Assembly (NCBI GenBank): GCA_046882085.1
Contig: JBKSNA010000049.1
Coordinates: 1-42,806, forward strand
From: Clostridia bacterium
Lineage (GTDB): Bacteria > Bacillota > Clostridia > Christensenellales > UBA1242
DNA: 42,806 nt
Reading direction: 5' to 3'
Part shown: positions 17,965-32,149 of the stretch, in pieces
Layout: every line of letters begins with the position of its first letter
Position numbering within the stretch: the stretch's first letter is position 1
Notes under the pieces: generated by a model
Databases searched by the model: none
Seen by the model: the letters and a program-made list of their open reading frames with translations, nothing else
Told to the model about the DNA's origin: nothing
Position numbers and translations under genes: made by a program

Positions 17965-18393
17965 ATGTTAAAAAGACTAATTGAGAAACATCGTGATAAA
18001 AAACTAGAGAAAGAACGAAACAAACCTAAGTATTATGTAGACGAATTATACGTTGGTGAATTGGTACATATTGTAGACAAAAAATATGTAGGCCCTAACA
18101 CTAATACCACATATAGAATTAAGAAAAAATTTGTAATCTTAACATTACATGGCTTCGCATCTTATCGCCATATTAAGTCTGGAGAAATCATACACTCCAC
18201 TCTAACAGCACCCATAGGAGATTTCGCAATTAATAAAGAAATGGAATTTCGTAAAAAATGTCCTATTTTAGTTAGAAGACTCGGATTAGATGACAATACC
18301 AAATTAAGTGAAAATGTAATAGTTTCCCTTGAAGACGGATTAAATAATGGAAGTATTAATTATCTCCAAGGCGCAGATGCTATAATGTTTTAA
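17965..18393 (+). CDS. orphan hypothetical protein (142 aa)
   Basis: Own TTGACA(17913)-17-TATAAT(17936), AAGGA RBS, terminator follows. Confidence 0.78.
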   Translation: MLKRLIEKHRDKKLEKERNKPKYYVDELYVGELVHIVDKKYVGPNTNTTYRIKKKFVILTLHGFASYRHIKSGEIIHSTLTAPIGDFAINKEMEFRKKCPILVRRLGLDDNTKLSENVIVSLEDGLNNGSINYLQGADAIMF

Positions 18394-18400
18394 TAAATTC

Positions 18401-18429
18401 AAAAAAATCACTCAAATTGAGTGATTTTT
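18401..18429. terminator. bidirectional terminator
   Basis: AAAAATCACTCAA-a-TTGAGTGATTTTT inverted repeat between convergent genes. Confidence 0.8.
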
Positions 18430-18455
18430 CTACGAATAAATATCTTAAATTATAT

Positions 18456-18881
18456 CTATTGTTCTTTACCACAATAAGAACAAAATTTAGAGTCTGAATT
18501 TATTTTTTTGCCACAATGTCTACAAAATTTTGTATCATCAACACCATTTTTAACAGCCTTAGCAGTAGTCGAAATCGCATCGCTAGCTATCTCGGCCTGT
18601 GTATTCATAATATCTTTTATTTCTTCTTTATTTTGTTGTTGAATATACTTTGTAGAACGCGCAACCATTCTTGCCATTTCTGGACGGAAACCTAATAAAA
18701 TCATAGTTATTCCAACAAACAATGAAATAGGCCCTACAAATGCACCTATCATGAAGAGATTATTCTCAAAGTCTCCAAATCCCCTTACTGCTAAAATAAA
18801 TCCAATAATAGCACCTACTAAAAATACTCCACCTAAAATCTTAAATATTAAAAAATATTTTGGTTTTTGATTATTTTCCAT
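18456..18881 (-). CDS. membrane protein with C-terminal zinc ribbon
   Basis: Two TM segments; C-terminal FCRHCG...KFCSYCG; AGGAGG RBS. Confidence 0.85.
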   Translation of the reverse strand: MENNQKPKYFLIFKILGGVFLVGAIIGFILAVRGFGDFENNLFMIGAFVGPISLFVGITMILLGFRPEMARMVARSTKYIQQQNKEEIKDIMNTQAEIASDAISTTAKAVKNGVDDTKFCRHCGKKINSDSKFCSYCGKEQ

Positions 18882-18950
18882 CACTCCCTCCTACTATAAT
18901 GTATAGTACCATATTAAAATCTGTATGTTAAAGAATATTGTGTAATGTAT

Positions 18951-23175
<4,225 letters not shown>

Positions 23176-23262
23176 TATATCTCCAAAATAATAAATATTT
23201 CTATATTTTTAGTAAAAAAGAATTGTGCCTAAGAATTTAGATAGTTTTCTTGACACATTAGT

Positions 23263-23291
23263 ATTATAACAAATAAAAAGCGGAACTGCAA
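23263..23291 (-). promoter_or_regulatory. pcrA-ligA promoter, overlapping an upstream terminator hairpin (23275-23306)
   Basis: TTGCAG-17-TATAAT with TGn. Confidence 0.6.
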
Positions 23292-23353
23292 GCATTTCCA
23301 CTTTTTAATATTAAATTTATTTAATATTATTTGACTTAATCAAAACCTATAAA

Positions 23354-23449
23354 TGTCATCCTGAGGAACGACTCAGTCGTGACGTGAGGATCTTCAGTTA
23401 ATATTCAGTAGGACTTTGCGAAGATTGCCACGCTACGCTCGCAATGACA
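23354..23449. repeat. REP-like GTCAT palindromic element, copy 2
   Basis: TGTCATCCTGAG..ACGAC-TCA-GTCGT-GAC..GGATCT ... AGATTGCCAC-GCTACG-CTCGCAATGACA. Confidence 0.7.
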
Positions 23450-23462
23450 GACAAAATAATAT

Positions 23463-24056
23463 TTAATAGTCTTGACTGACAAGATCGAAGCCTTTCTCTA
23501 CTTGCCTATCTCCGTAATACTCATATCTAACCTTTCTAACAAATTGCAAGATATCCCCAAGATATAGATACTCAGCATGACTTAGCATATCATGCCAACG
23601 CCCATAACCATGAAAATAATGAGCAATTCTCTCCTCTACGCTATCGATAAGTAATAGATAATTGTTATCATTTTTATGATTATTGCTATTTTTTGCAATT
23701 CTAGATTTTCTAATAAAATCATCTACCATTGCTCTAGCGACCCATATAAGCTCTGCAATAGATTCTATCTTGCCAAACTTCACCGATACATCTTGCATAT
23801 AAATATACTTGTACATTATTATATCAAGGTTGTTTCTAATCTTTGTGAAGTTATTTCTTTTGTTAGCATCTCCTTTTTGCAATTCAAGATAACTAGTACC
23901 TATCGTATTTAATGTCATAGAGCCCATTCGATATCTGTCATATTCGAGTTGTTCCATTCTCTCTTTTGCATTTAATAATAAATCTTTGTTATCATTAATA
24001 ATAGCGTCGTCTACTTCACCTCGTATTTCCCAGAGTTCTTGTAATAATGTCTTCAT
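23463..24056 (-). CDS. orphan helical protein with internal repeat (197 aa)
   Basis: AAGGAG RBS; W-x2-R-x2-VDD-x-I motif occurs twice. Confidence 0.75.
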   Translation of the reverse strand: MKTLLQELWEIRGEVDDAIINDNKDLLLNAKERMEQLEYDRYRMGSMTLNTIGTSYLELQKGDANKRNNFTKIRNNLDIIMYKYIYMQDVSVKFGKIESIAELIWVARAMVDDFIRKSRIAKNSNNHKNDNNYLLLIDSVEERIAHYFHGYGRWHDMLSHAEYLYLGDILQFVRKVRYEYYGDRQVEKGFDLVSQDY

Positions 24057-24075
24057 ATGTCTCCTTGTTTAAATG

Positions 24076-24098
24076 AAAAAGAGTGCTGCCGCACCCCT
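24076..24098 (-). terminator. terminator after rpsU
   Basis: GGGGTGC-ggca-GCACTCT then TTTT. Confidence 0.75.
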
Positions 24099-24103
24099 TA
24101 TTC

Positions 24104-24292
24104 TTAATATCTAGATTTCTTCATAGCGCGCTTACGAGCAGCTTTTTCCTTCTCTTTCTTACGAACGCTAGGCTTTTGATATTCTTGTTTCTTCTTCAAA
24201 TCACCGATGATACCATCTTTTTGGCACTTACGCTTAAATCTCTTTAATGCACTATCGATAGATTCGTTCTCTCCACAACGAACAGTAGTCAA
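24104..24292 (-). CDS. rpsU: 30S ribosomal protein S21
   Basis: VRCGENESIDSALKRFKRKC...YQKPSVRKK.K..AARKR; TTG start at 24292 after AGGTGGTG. Confidence 0.96.
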   Translation of the reverse strand: MTTVRCGENESIDSALKRFKRKCQKDGIIGDLKKKQEYQKPSVRKKEKEKAARKRAMKKSRY

Positions 24293-24373
24293 CTTATTCA
24301 CCACCTTTATTTGTATAATCTATTTTAGTATAATAGAAAAAATACATATTGTCAATAGATTAGTACAAATTTA

Positions 24374-24712
24374 TTAAAATTCGCTTAGTTTCTCTCCGCC
24401 TAAGATATGAATATGCACGTGAGCTACAGTCTGCCCTGCATCTTCGCCTTGATTGATAAGTAGTCTATACCCATTAGTAAGTCCTAATTCTTGTTGCATA
24501 TGAGATACCTTACCTATGATTATACCAAGAAGAGCAGTCCCCTCATCAGTCATCATATCAATGTATGGCACATGGGCAGTAGGTATAGCAATGAGATGTA
24601 CTTTCGCCTGAGGGTTGATGTCCTTGATAATCATGAAGTCTTCATCTTTGTACAATGTAGTACTAGGTAATTCTCCTTTTCTAATCTTACAGAATACACA
24701 TTCATCTATCAT
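24374..24712 (-). CDS. HIT family (histidine triad) nucleotide-binding protein
   Basis: CVFCKI, DINPQA..H, GQTVAHVHIHILGG. Confidence 0.95.
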   Translation of the reverse strand: MIDECVFCKIRKGELPSTTLYKDEDFMIIKDINPQAKVHLIAIPTAHVPYIDMMTDEGTALLGIIIGKVSHMQQELGLTNGYRLLINQGEDAGQTVAHVHIHILGGEKLSEF

Positions 24713-24713
24713 A

Positions 24714-25964
24714 TTAATTCTCCTTTATTATTCCTTTCATACCTTGCAGATATATTTCAGCAAGTTCTACATTTACAATACTGCCAACTTCATATTTCCC
24801 TTCAAGATATGTATAAATATAATTATCAGTATACCCAAAAGAAAAGTTTTCGTCAACTTCTTCGATAAGTACTGAGTGAATCGTGCCGATATTTCTAGTG
24901 AAGAATGCTGATTTATTCGCTCTATTCATCTCTTGAAGTCTTTTTTCTCGCTGTTTCACTATACACTTATCTACCGTACCGCTAAGTTTACAAGCATTGG
25001 TACCAGATCTCTCGCTGTATGGAAATATGTGCATAAAATCGAATTTGATATCTAGTAGATTGTTGAATGTGTCTTCAAATTCTTCATCGGTTTCGCCCTT
25101 GAAACCTACTATAACATCAGTAGATATACATGGATTATCAAATGCTACTCTTAGTTTCACTACAATCTCTTTGAATTGTTCTATCGTATAGTGTCTATTC
25201 ATGCGTTTTAGAGTTTCGTTACACGCAGATTGTAGACTTAAGTGAAAATGCGGACAGAAATTCTTACAATTTTTTAGAATACTGATCATCTCATCATCTA
25301 ATGCCATACACTCTAATGACGAGATCCTAAATCGTTTGCCTAATTTATCTATTTCTCTCACTAAAGTCTTCAACGCCAATTCGCCATCTATACGATAATC
25401 GCTCATATTGATGCCGGTAAGTACGACCTCGTTAGCCTTAGTATGACTAATCTCATCTAAAACATCTAAATAATCCCTACTTCTACTCCTACCTCGAACA
25501 TAAGGTATCACACAATATGAACAAAAGTAATTACAACCATCTTGTATCTTAATATATTGTCTGGTACGAGTCTCGATCGGACGTGCAGTATCTTCATACT
25601 TTATATGCTCTAGATCTGGCAAAACCTTATTTTCTCGCTCAATGAACTTAATTATCTCATTCTTCCCTGCATTACCTGTAATAGCCAGAACATTCTTGTT
25701 TATTAAGAATTGACTAGGATTATTCTGCACAGCACAACCACAAACAATAATTTTAGCGTCGTTGTTTAACTTCAATATCTTGGTCATCACTTGTCTAGAC
25801 TTTCGCTCAGCGATGTTTGTTACAGCACACGTATTCACCACATAAATATCAGCGAACTCTAATCCTTCCACCACATCATAACCCGCCATTTTGAGTTGAT
25901 TCATGATAGATTGACTTTCATATTCATTGACCTTACAGCCAAGTGTAATAATGCTAGCCTTCAT
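24714..25964 (-). CDS. mtaB: tRNA t6A37 methylthiotransferase MtaB
   Basis: TLGCKVNEYES, NTCAVT, KIQDGCNYFCSYCVIPYVRG, TDVIVGF.GET, C-terminal TRAM; rsmE-mtaB-HIT-rpsU order. Confidence 0.95.
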   Translation of the reverse strand: MKASIITLGCKVNEYESQSIMNQLKMAGYDVVEGLEFADIYVVNTCAVTNIAERKSRQVMTKILKLNNDAKIIVCGCAVQNNPSQFLINKNVLAITGNAGKNEIIKFIERENKVLPDLEHIKYEDTARPIETRTRQYIKIQDGCNYFCSYCVIPYVRGRSRSRDYLDVLDEISHTKANEVVLTGINMSDYRIDGELALKTLVREIDKLGKRFRISSLECMALDDEMISILKNCKNFCPHFHLSLQSACNETLKRMNRHYTIEQFKEIVVKLRVAFDNPCISTDVIVGFKGETDEEFEDTFNNLLDIKFDFMHIFPYSERSGTNACKLSGTVDKCIVKQREKRLQEMNRANKSAFFTRNIGTIHSVLIEEVDENFSFGYTDNYIYTYLEGKYEVGSIVNVELAEIYLQGMKGIIKEN

Positions 25965-26649
25965 AATCCAACGCCCTCAAACTAGTTACCGCAGTAGCAC
26001 AAGCAACCTCTGCTCTTAGTATTGTCTTGCCTAACGAAATATTGCTGGCAAAGGAAGAAAAATAATCATTCTCACTAGGCGAAAATCCGCCCTCTGGTCC
26101 GATAATTACAGCAAAGTTACCCTTGAATGAACTTGGTTTATCCTTAGAATCTTCGTAAGCAAAGAATACATTATCATATTTACTACAATCAGCCTTAATA
26201 TCTTTCTTGTCAATGATACTGATATTCATGATATCAGCACGCTCACATTGTTTACTGGTTTGAATAGTAATTGCACGTAACTTGTCCAACTTCTTATCAT
26301 CAAATACCGCTTCTGTATAGTCTGATCTAAATAATTTCACACTCTTTACATTTAATTGCGCTAAACTATCTATAGCAGTCTTTAGTGCATCATTTTTGAT
26401 CATCGCTAGATATACGGTAATATCTAAATCATTAGTAGCCTTGTTAAGATCTTTGCTAATAACTGTCGCTTTTACCTTATCTTTAGAGATATCGTCTATT
26501 CTAAGTCGATAATCAAAACCATCGCCATTGAATGCCATAATCTCATCTGAGATCTTGACTCTTCTCACTTTGCTTAGATGATTAGCTTCGCCATTCTCAA
26601 TAATAACCTTATCTCCATCAATCATTTCAAAGTAATATCTATTGTCCAT
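25954..26649 (-). CDS. rsmE: 16S rRNA m3U1498 methyltransferase RsmE
   Basis: HLSKVRR, KQCER, IGPEGGFS..E, SLG..ILRAE.A; start moved to 26649. Confidence 0.93.
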   Translation of the reverse strand: MDNRYYFEMIDGDKVIIENGEANHLSKVRRVKISDEIMAFNGDGFDYRLRIDDISKDKVKATVISKDLNKATNDLDITVYLAMIKNDALKTAIDSLAQLNVKSVKLFRSDYTEAVFDDKKLDKLRAITIQTSKQCERADIMNISIIDKKDIKADCSKYDNVFFAYEDSKDKPSSFKGNFAVIIGPEGGFSPSENDYFSSFASNISLGKTILRAEVACATAVTSLRALDYEG

Positions 26650-27301
26650 TCTTACCTCTAAGTGATTGAATAGCAGTATATGTGTCGTTGTTATATATAT
26701 ATGATCCACTAACCAAAATATCAGCACCTGCTTTGACGCATAGACTAGCAGTCTTATCATTGATACCACCATCTACTTCGATCAAAATGTCTTCACTAAG
26801 AGATCTAACCTGCTTGATCTTCTTTATTGCATCCTTGTTAAACTCTTGACCATATTTACCTGTCTTAACACTCATTATTAGCACCAAATCTAAATAACGT
26901 AGATATGGCTCGATGACTGATACGTCAGTATGCAACTCTATAGCTAGTCCAACCATTGCGCCAGCACGTTTAATCTTCTTGAATACTTTTACTAGTTCAT
27001 TCTTATCTTCTACCGCTTCATAATGAATGGTGAGAATATTTGCCCCCGCTTTTAGATATTTATCTACTAATTTCTCTGGGCGAACAGTCATTAAATGCGC
27101 ATCAAAAAGCAGTGTAGACTTCTCTCTTAGTTGTTCAAAATATTTGTAATCAATGGATTTTTGCTTCACATATTCGCCGTCCATTATGTCTAAATGATAC
27201 ATATCTGCACCGAAAGATCCAATCTTCACAATATAGTCAATCTGCGCAGACATATTTCTACCCGCTGGCAGACTAGATGCTGAAATAACTACTTTTTTCA
27301 T
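26639..27301 (-). CDS. rpe: ribulose-phosphate 3-epimerase
   Basis: HLDIMDG, DAHLM, TIHYE, MSV..G..GQ.F, EVDGGIN, VSGS. Confidence 0.95.
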   Translation of the reverse strand: MKKVVISASSLPAGRNMSAQIDYIVKIGSFGADMYHLDIMDGEYVKQKSIDYKYFEQLREKSTLLFDAHLMTVRPEKLVDKYLKAGANILTIHYEAVEDKNELVKVFKKIKRAGAMVGLAIELHTDVSVIEPYLRYLDLVLIMSVKTGKYGQEFNKDAIKKIKQVRSLSEDILIEVDGGINDKTASLCVKAGADILVSGSYIYNNDTYTAIQSLRGKNGQ

Positions 27302-28338
27302 TAACTTTTACCCCCTTCTCTTAAGGTCTTGGCACGAAGCATTCCGCACGCGCCTTCAATATCACTACCCTGACTACGTCTAAGAGTCGCTGATACTCCC
27401 ATTTTGTTTAATCTCGCCACAAAATCCAATGCCTCTTCTCTAGTAGTGGCCTTGAGTGTGCCACCATTAGGATTTAGGCATATTACATTCACATGACTAA
27501 GTAGATTCTTGGTAATCTCTTTTAATCTCAATATATCGTCTTCGCTATCATTTACACCTTTAATAAGACAATACTCGAACACTACTCGTCTCCCATTCGT
27601 ATTCACATAATCATGTAATGCGGATACAATCTCAGCAATCGTATACCTATTAGCAATAGGCATAATCTCGCGTCTACGTTCATCAGTAGTAGCATGAAGC
27701 GATACGCATAATGTAATATTGTATTTTAATTTGGCGAACTCATAGATTTTATCTACCAAACCACAAGTTGATAGTGATATATTTCTCTCACTTAGATTAA
27801 ATCCATTCTCATCTGTGATTAGATCTAGCCATTTCACTACAGTATCATAATTATCGAATGGTTCACCACTACCCATTAGTACAATATTTGTAAAATTTCG
27901 CTCATTACATTTGCCATTATCAGCATTGACAATCGCTATTGCAGACAGCATCTCTCCTGCGGTTAAATTTCTAATGAGCCCATTATGTGTAGATGCACAA
28001 AACTTGCACCCCATACGACAACCTACTTGAGTAGACATACATATAGTATTACCATAATCTTGTGTTAGGAACACACATTCTATCAAATTATCATCATGCA
28101 ACTTGAGTAAATATTTCTTAGTGCCATCTTTGCTTGTTAGGACTTTATATATCTGAATTGGTTTTAGGATATATTCATTATTCAATTTTTCAATCATTGC
28201 TTTTGGAAGAGCGAGATTATCATAATCTTTGCCTTGAATTATCGCGTCAAAAATTTGTTTGGCGCGAAATTTCGGATAATCCGCCAACTCATTAGTCAAT
28301 TCTATTAATGAATAATCACTAAGAATTTTCAATAACAT
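27301..28338 (-). CDS. rlmN: 23S rRNA m2A2503 radical SAM methyltransferase RlmN
   Basis: STQVGCRMGCKFCAS, MGSGEP, SLHA, G.DI.GACG.L; the start may be TTG 28332. Confidence 0.95.
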   Translation of the reverse strand: MLLKILSDYSLIELTNELADYPKFRAKQIFDAIIQGKDYDNLALPKAMIEKLNNEYILKPIQIYKVLTSKDGTKKYLLKLHDDNLIECVFLTQDYGNTICMSTQVGCRMGCKFCASTHNGLIRNLTAGEMLSAIAIVNADNGKCNERNFTNIVLMGSGEPFDNYDTVVKWLDLITDENGFNLSERNISLSTCGLVDKIYEFAKLKYNITLCVSLHATTDERRREIMPIANRYTIAEIVSALHDYVNTNGRRVVFEYCLIKGVNDSEDDILRLKEITKNLLSHVNVICLNPNGGTLKATTREEALDFVARLNKMGVSATLRRSQGSDIEGACGMLRAKTLREGGKS

Positions 28339-29239
28339 CTCCTAGAGTAAATTTATTTGAATTCATAAATGCAAGTGCAAACATTTTTTGCTTTCCTTCT
28401 GGCTGAATTGTAACGATCTCTACCGCCTTATCTCTACAGCCAATAATCAATCCATCTTTGCCATTACATTTTAGTATTTCACCTACATTACCTATTGAAT
28501 CATTAGGCACTGCAAATGCCACTTTGTATCGACTACCTTTGTATATGAAATAACAATTTTCTAATGCTCTTATTTTATTGCATAGATCAAAGGCACACAT
28601 ATTAAAGTCTAGCAAGTAGTCTTCTTTCTTGATCATAGGAAAATACGTAGCCTTTGATTCATCTTGTGGCGTATGATTATTGATATAATAATCAAATCTT
28701 GAGAAAAATTCGTGAAGACACTCTACTCCTAGATTGGCTAGTTTCTCAAACAAACTAGATGAAGTATCTTCTGGCTCTATATCTATCTCACGCATTAAGT
28801 ATATATCGCCTGTATCTAGTCCCAACTCAGTCTTCATTATGGTAATACCCGTTTTCTTATCTCCATTGATTATAGATGCCTGAATAGGTGCTGGACCACG
28901 ATACTTAGGAAGTAAACTAGCGTGTACATTGATCGTACCGTATCTAGGTATATCTAAAATATTTTGCTTAATGATTTGTCCATAACTCGCAGTAACAAAC
29001 AAATCCGGATCAAAAGTTTTTAATATCTCTTCGCCTTCAAGATTTAATTTAGCAAACTGAAGACATGGTATACCCTTATCTAAACAATATTGTTTAATAG
29101 AAGAATATATAATCTTATTATTTCTAGCATTTGCTTTGTCTGGCTGAGTAACTACCGCAACCACATTCTGTCCGTCTTTAACCATACCATCGAGAACTAT
29201 AGTACTAAAATGACCTGTACCGAAGAACACTATATTCAT
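28319..29239 (-). CDS. fmt: methionyl-tRNA formyltransferase
   Basis: IVFFGT..F, VVTQPDK, INVHASLLPKYRGPAPIQ, GLDTGDI; start moved to 29239. Confidence 0.97.
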   Translation of the reverse strand: MNIVFFGTGHFSTIVLDGMVKDGQNVVAVVTQPDKANARNNKIIYSSIKQYCLDKGIPCLQFAKLNLEGEEILKTFDPDLFVTASYGQIIKQNILDIPRYGTINVHASLLPKYRGPAPIQASIINGDKKTGITIMKTELGLDTGDIYLMREIDIEPEDTSSSLFEKLANLGVECLHEFFSRFDYYINNHTPQDESKATYFPMIKKEDYLLDFNMCAFDLCNKIRALENCYFIYKGSRYKVAFAVPNDSIGNVGEILKCNGKDGLIIGCRDKAVEIVTIQPEGKQKMFALAFMNSNKFTLGDVIENS

Positions 29240-29709
29240 TATTCGTCGTCCTCCGCCATTCCTTTTGGAGGTACACAAGTCTTGTCTATATACAGCACTC
29301 CATCTAAGTGATCGCATTCATGACAAATGCAGACAGCAGTCCAATCTTCACAAGTGAGAGTAAATTTATTACCATATCTATCCCACGCCTGTACTGTTAC
29401 CTCGAATGGGCGACGCACGTACTCAAATGGAAGATTGACACTTAGGCAACCTTCTTTCTTATATTGCTCACCCTTGGTACTGATGATTTTAGGATTAACG
29501 AACTCTATCTTCATCTCATTAATATTGATGATGAATACTCTTTTCAATACTCCCACCTGCACTGCACTAAGGCCAGCACCAGGTTTCATATCTAGTGTAT
29601 CATGCATATCGTCTAATAATTCCCACAATTTTTCATCAAAAACTTTCACAGCTTTGCTGTGCTTTCTAATAAAATTATCAGAATGTGGTACTATTTCTCT
29701 TATTGCCAT
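29239..29709 (-). CDS. def: peptide deformylase
   Basis: GAGLSAVQVG, EGCLS, CHECDHLDG. Confidence 0.97.
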   Translation of the reverse strand: MAIREIVPHSDNFIRKHSKAVKVFDEKLWELLDDMHDTLDMKPGAGLSAVQVGVLKRVFIININEMKIEFVNPKIISTKGEQYKKEGCLSVNLPFEYVRRPFEVTVQAWDRYGNKFTLTCEDWTAVCICHECDHLDGVLYIDKTCVPPKGMAEDDE

Positions 29710-29712
29710 ATT

Positions 29713-31890
29713 TTACCTCAAATTATTCGGATTCTTCTCAACGAATATAGACACGTCTTTCTCTACTATATCGCTGATGGAATAAAACTCTTTAGTTATT
29801 GTATCATTTGGAATGTATCTAGTCAAGATTTGATAACGATATTTTGTCTGAATTTTTTTGACAGGGCTAGGCATAGCTTGCAAAAATATAATCTCTCTAC
29901 CATATTTTTCTTTTAACTCTAATGCACGGTCATATAATTTCTTCGTAACATCTTTTGCTCGATTATCACTCTCGCTAGATACTAATATTCGAAGTATTGT
30001 GCTGAAAGGTGGAAACATTGTTATTTCCCTAGTATTGATTTCTTTAGCATAAAAACTCTCATAGTCATAATTTGTCGCGAATCTGTACACATAATGTTTA
30101 GGCGAATAGGTCTGCAATATAACATAGCCATCGTTATTCTTTCTACCTGTTCTACCTGCTACTTGAGTAACTAATTGAAAGGTTCGTTCATTTGCTTTGT
30201 AATCACTATTATACAGACTCACATCAGCATCTAAAATGCCAACGAATGCCACATTCGGATAGTCGTGCCCTTTAGCGATCATCTGTGTACCTACCAATAT
30301 GCTTGGACTAATATCTGCGAATGATGATAAAATTTTCTTATGTCCATCTTTACCTCTGGTAGTATCATTGTCCATTCTAAATATTGGAATATCTGGGAAC
30401 ATCTCCTTTAGATCTTCACACACTCTCTCTGTACCCATGGCACCGAACTTAATATTATCGCTATTACAGTTCGGACAATTAGTAAGCGCGCGATAACGTT
30501 TACCACAAAAATGACATTTTAGTTCTTTATCTTCTTTATGATAAACTAGACTCACCTCGCAATCATCGCATTTCGCTCTATATCCGCATTCTCTACACAT
30601 CATGAAAGACGCGAATCCTCTACGATTGATGAATAATATCGCTTGTTTCTTATTCTTGATACATTCATCTAGTTTTGCCAATAATTTCTTACTATAAAAT
30701 GACGAATTACCGTCCATTACTTCGCCTAACATATCAATAATCTCTATCTTAGGCATCTCTAGTCCACCAATTCTCTCTGGCAGACGCACTAAATTATAAT
30801 GCTTGTCCTGTGCTTTTTTGAAACTTTCAATACTAGGTGTAGCACTACCTAATATCAGCGGACAATGATTATACCTCGCTCTAAACTCTGCCACGTCATG
30901 TGTGATGAATCTAGGGTTAGTCTCACTCACATAAGAATTATCATGCTCTTCATCAATGATTATAGCACCCACATTCTCGAGCGGAGCAAATATTGCGCTT
31001 CTCGCACCCAGCACCACCTTCACCTGACCAGAAAATATTCTATCCCACTCATCAAATCTCTCACCCTCACTGAGTCCACTATGCAATACTGCTACATTAT
31101 TAGGAAATCTAGAATTAAATCTATTCATCATCTGTGGAGTGAGCGATATCTCTGGTACTAGCATTATAGCAGTTTTACCTTGCGCTAGCGCGTCATCAAT
31201 AATGGACATATATACTTCAGTCTTACCACTACCAGTAACACCCTGCAATAAGAATGTCTTGTCTTGGTTCTTTATTTGATCCACTGCGGATTGTTGTAGA
31301 CCTGTCAAAATTTTCTTATCCGCACAGATCTTATCTACTGATGGAGCGCGATACTTTCTAATGCTAGTCTTCTCGACCAATCCTTTTTCGACCAGAGCAT
31401 TTACACTAGATCTACCAAATGCGTCAATAAGATAAGACATATTACACTCGCCCTGCTCTGTCAAATATGCGTATGCTGAGAGCTGACTTTTAGCACGCTT
31501 GCCTATCATAGACAAGGCAGTATCAATATCATATAAAGGCGTCAAAATATAAGCATTCAATTCATGCTGAGTATCTTGCCTAACACAAGATGGCAATACT
31601 AATTTAACACAATCACTTAGACGCAAAAAAAAGTGTCCTGCTAAAAACTTAGTGAGCTCCAAAATCTCCGGTTTTAGTTTAGGTACACTTTCTAGATTTG
31701 AAATAATAGATTTGATCTTAGTATTATCAAAGCTGGTATCACTCTTAAGTCCTATTACATACCCCAAAACCGTACGATTAGCGAATGGAACTCTCACTCT
31801 CATACCGACCTTAGTATCCGGTAGAGCCAAATAATCGAACACTCGATCGACAGCGTCATTGGAAATATCTACTATAACTTGTGCGTACAT
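29713..31890 (-). CDS. priA: primosomal protein N' (PriA helicase)
   Basis: GVTGSGKTEVY, LVPEISLTPQ, DEEH, GSATPS, Cys-rich double Zn, GTQMIAKGHD, QVAGRTGR. Confidence 0.98.
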   Translation of the reverse strand: MYAQVIVDISNDAVDRVFDYLALPDTKVGMRVRVPFANRTVLGYVIGLKSDTSFDNTKIKSIISNLESVPKLKPEILELTKFLAGHFFLRLSDCVKLVLPSCVRQDTQHELNAYILTPLYDIDTALSMIGKRAKSQLSAYAYLTEQGECNMSYLIDAFGRSSVNALVEKGLVEKTSIRKYRAPSVDKICADKKILTGLQQSAVDQIKNQDKTFLLQGVTGSGKTEVYMSIIDDALAQGKTAIMLVPEISLTPQMMNRFNSRFPNNVAVLHSGLSEGERFDEWDRIFSGQVKVVLGARSAIFAPLENVGAIIIDEEHDNSYVSETNPRFITHDVAEFRARYNHCPLILGSATPSIESFKKAQDKHYNLVRLPERIGGLEMPKIEIIDMLGEVMDGNSSFYSKKLLAKLDECIKNKKQAILFINRRGFASFMMCRECGYRAKCDDCEVSLVYHKEDKELKCHFCGKRYRALTNCPNCNSDNIKFGAMGTERVCEDLKEMFPDIPIFRMDNDTTRGKDGHKKILSSFADISPSILVGTQMIAKGHDYPNVAFVGILDADVSLYNSDYKANERTFQLVTQVAGRTGRKNNDGYVILQTYSPKHYVYRFATNYDYESFYAKEINTREITMFPPFSTILRILVSSESDNRAKDVTKKLYDRALELKEKYGREIIFLQAMPSPVKKIQTKYRYQILTRYIPNDTITKEFYSISDIVEKDVSIFVEKNPNNLR

Positions 31891-31891
31891 T

Positions 31892-32089
31892 CTACTTTGA
31901 TTGAACTCCTATCACTTCGCCCTTAAATAACTCAGTGGCTGCATAATCGATAGCTGCATTAGAACTACCATTGAGAAGAGTCGGAATCTTATTCTCCAAC
32001 ACCTTAGCTCTCGCCCCCACAATTACTGCTACTGCATATCTACAGCCTGCCACATTTACCAATTCATCAATAGGTGGTTCAAATAACAT
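31892..32089 (-). CDS. rpoZ: RNA polymerase omega subunit
   Basis: MLFEPPIDEL....CRY..AVIVG.RA...A..A..E...G; upstream of priA; own TTGACA-17-TATAAT. Confidence 0.85.
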   Translation of the reverse strand: MLFEPPIDELVNVAGCRYAVAVIVGARAKVLENKIPTLLNGSSNAAIDYAATELFKGEVIGVQSK

Positions 32090-32149
32090 ATTTAATTCTC
32101 CTTAATGCTTTCTATTCTTATTATACTTAATTTTAGATGGTTTGTCAAA

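Noticed and set aside
23176-23340. LexA/SOS box at the pcrA promoter
   Set aside because: GAAC at 23283 is not followed by N4-GTTC; the palindrome there is better explained as a terminator.
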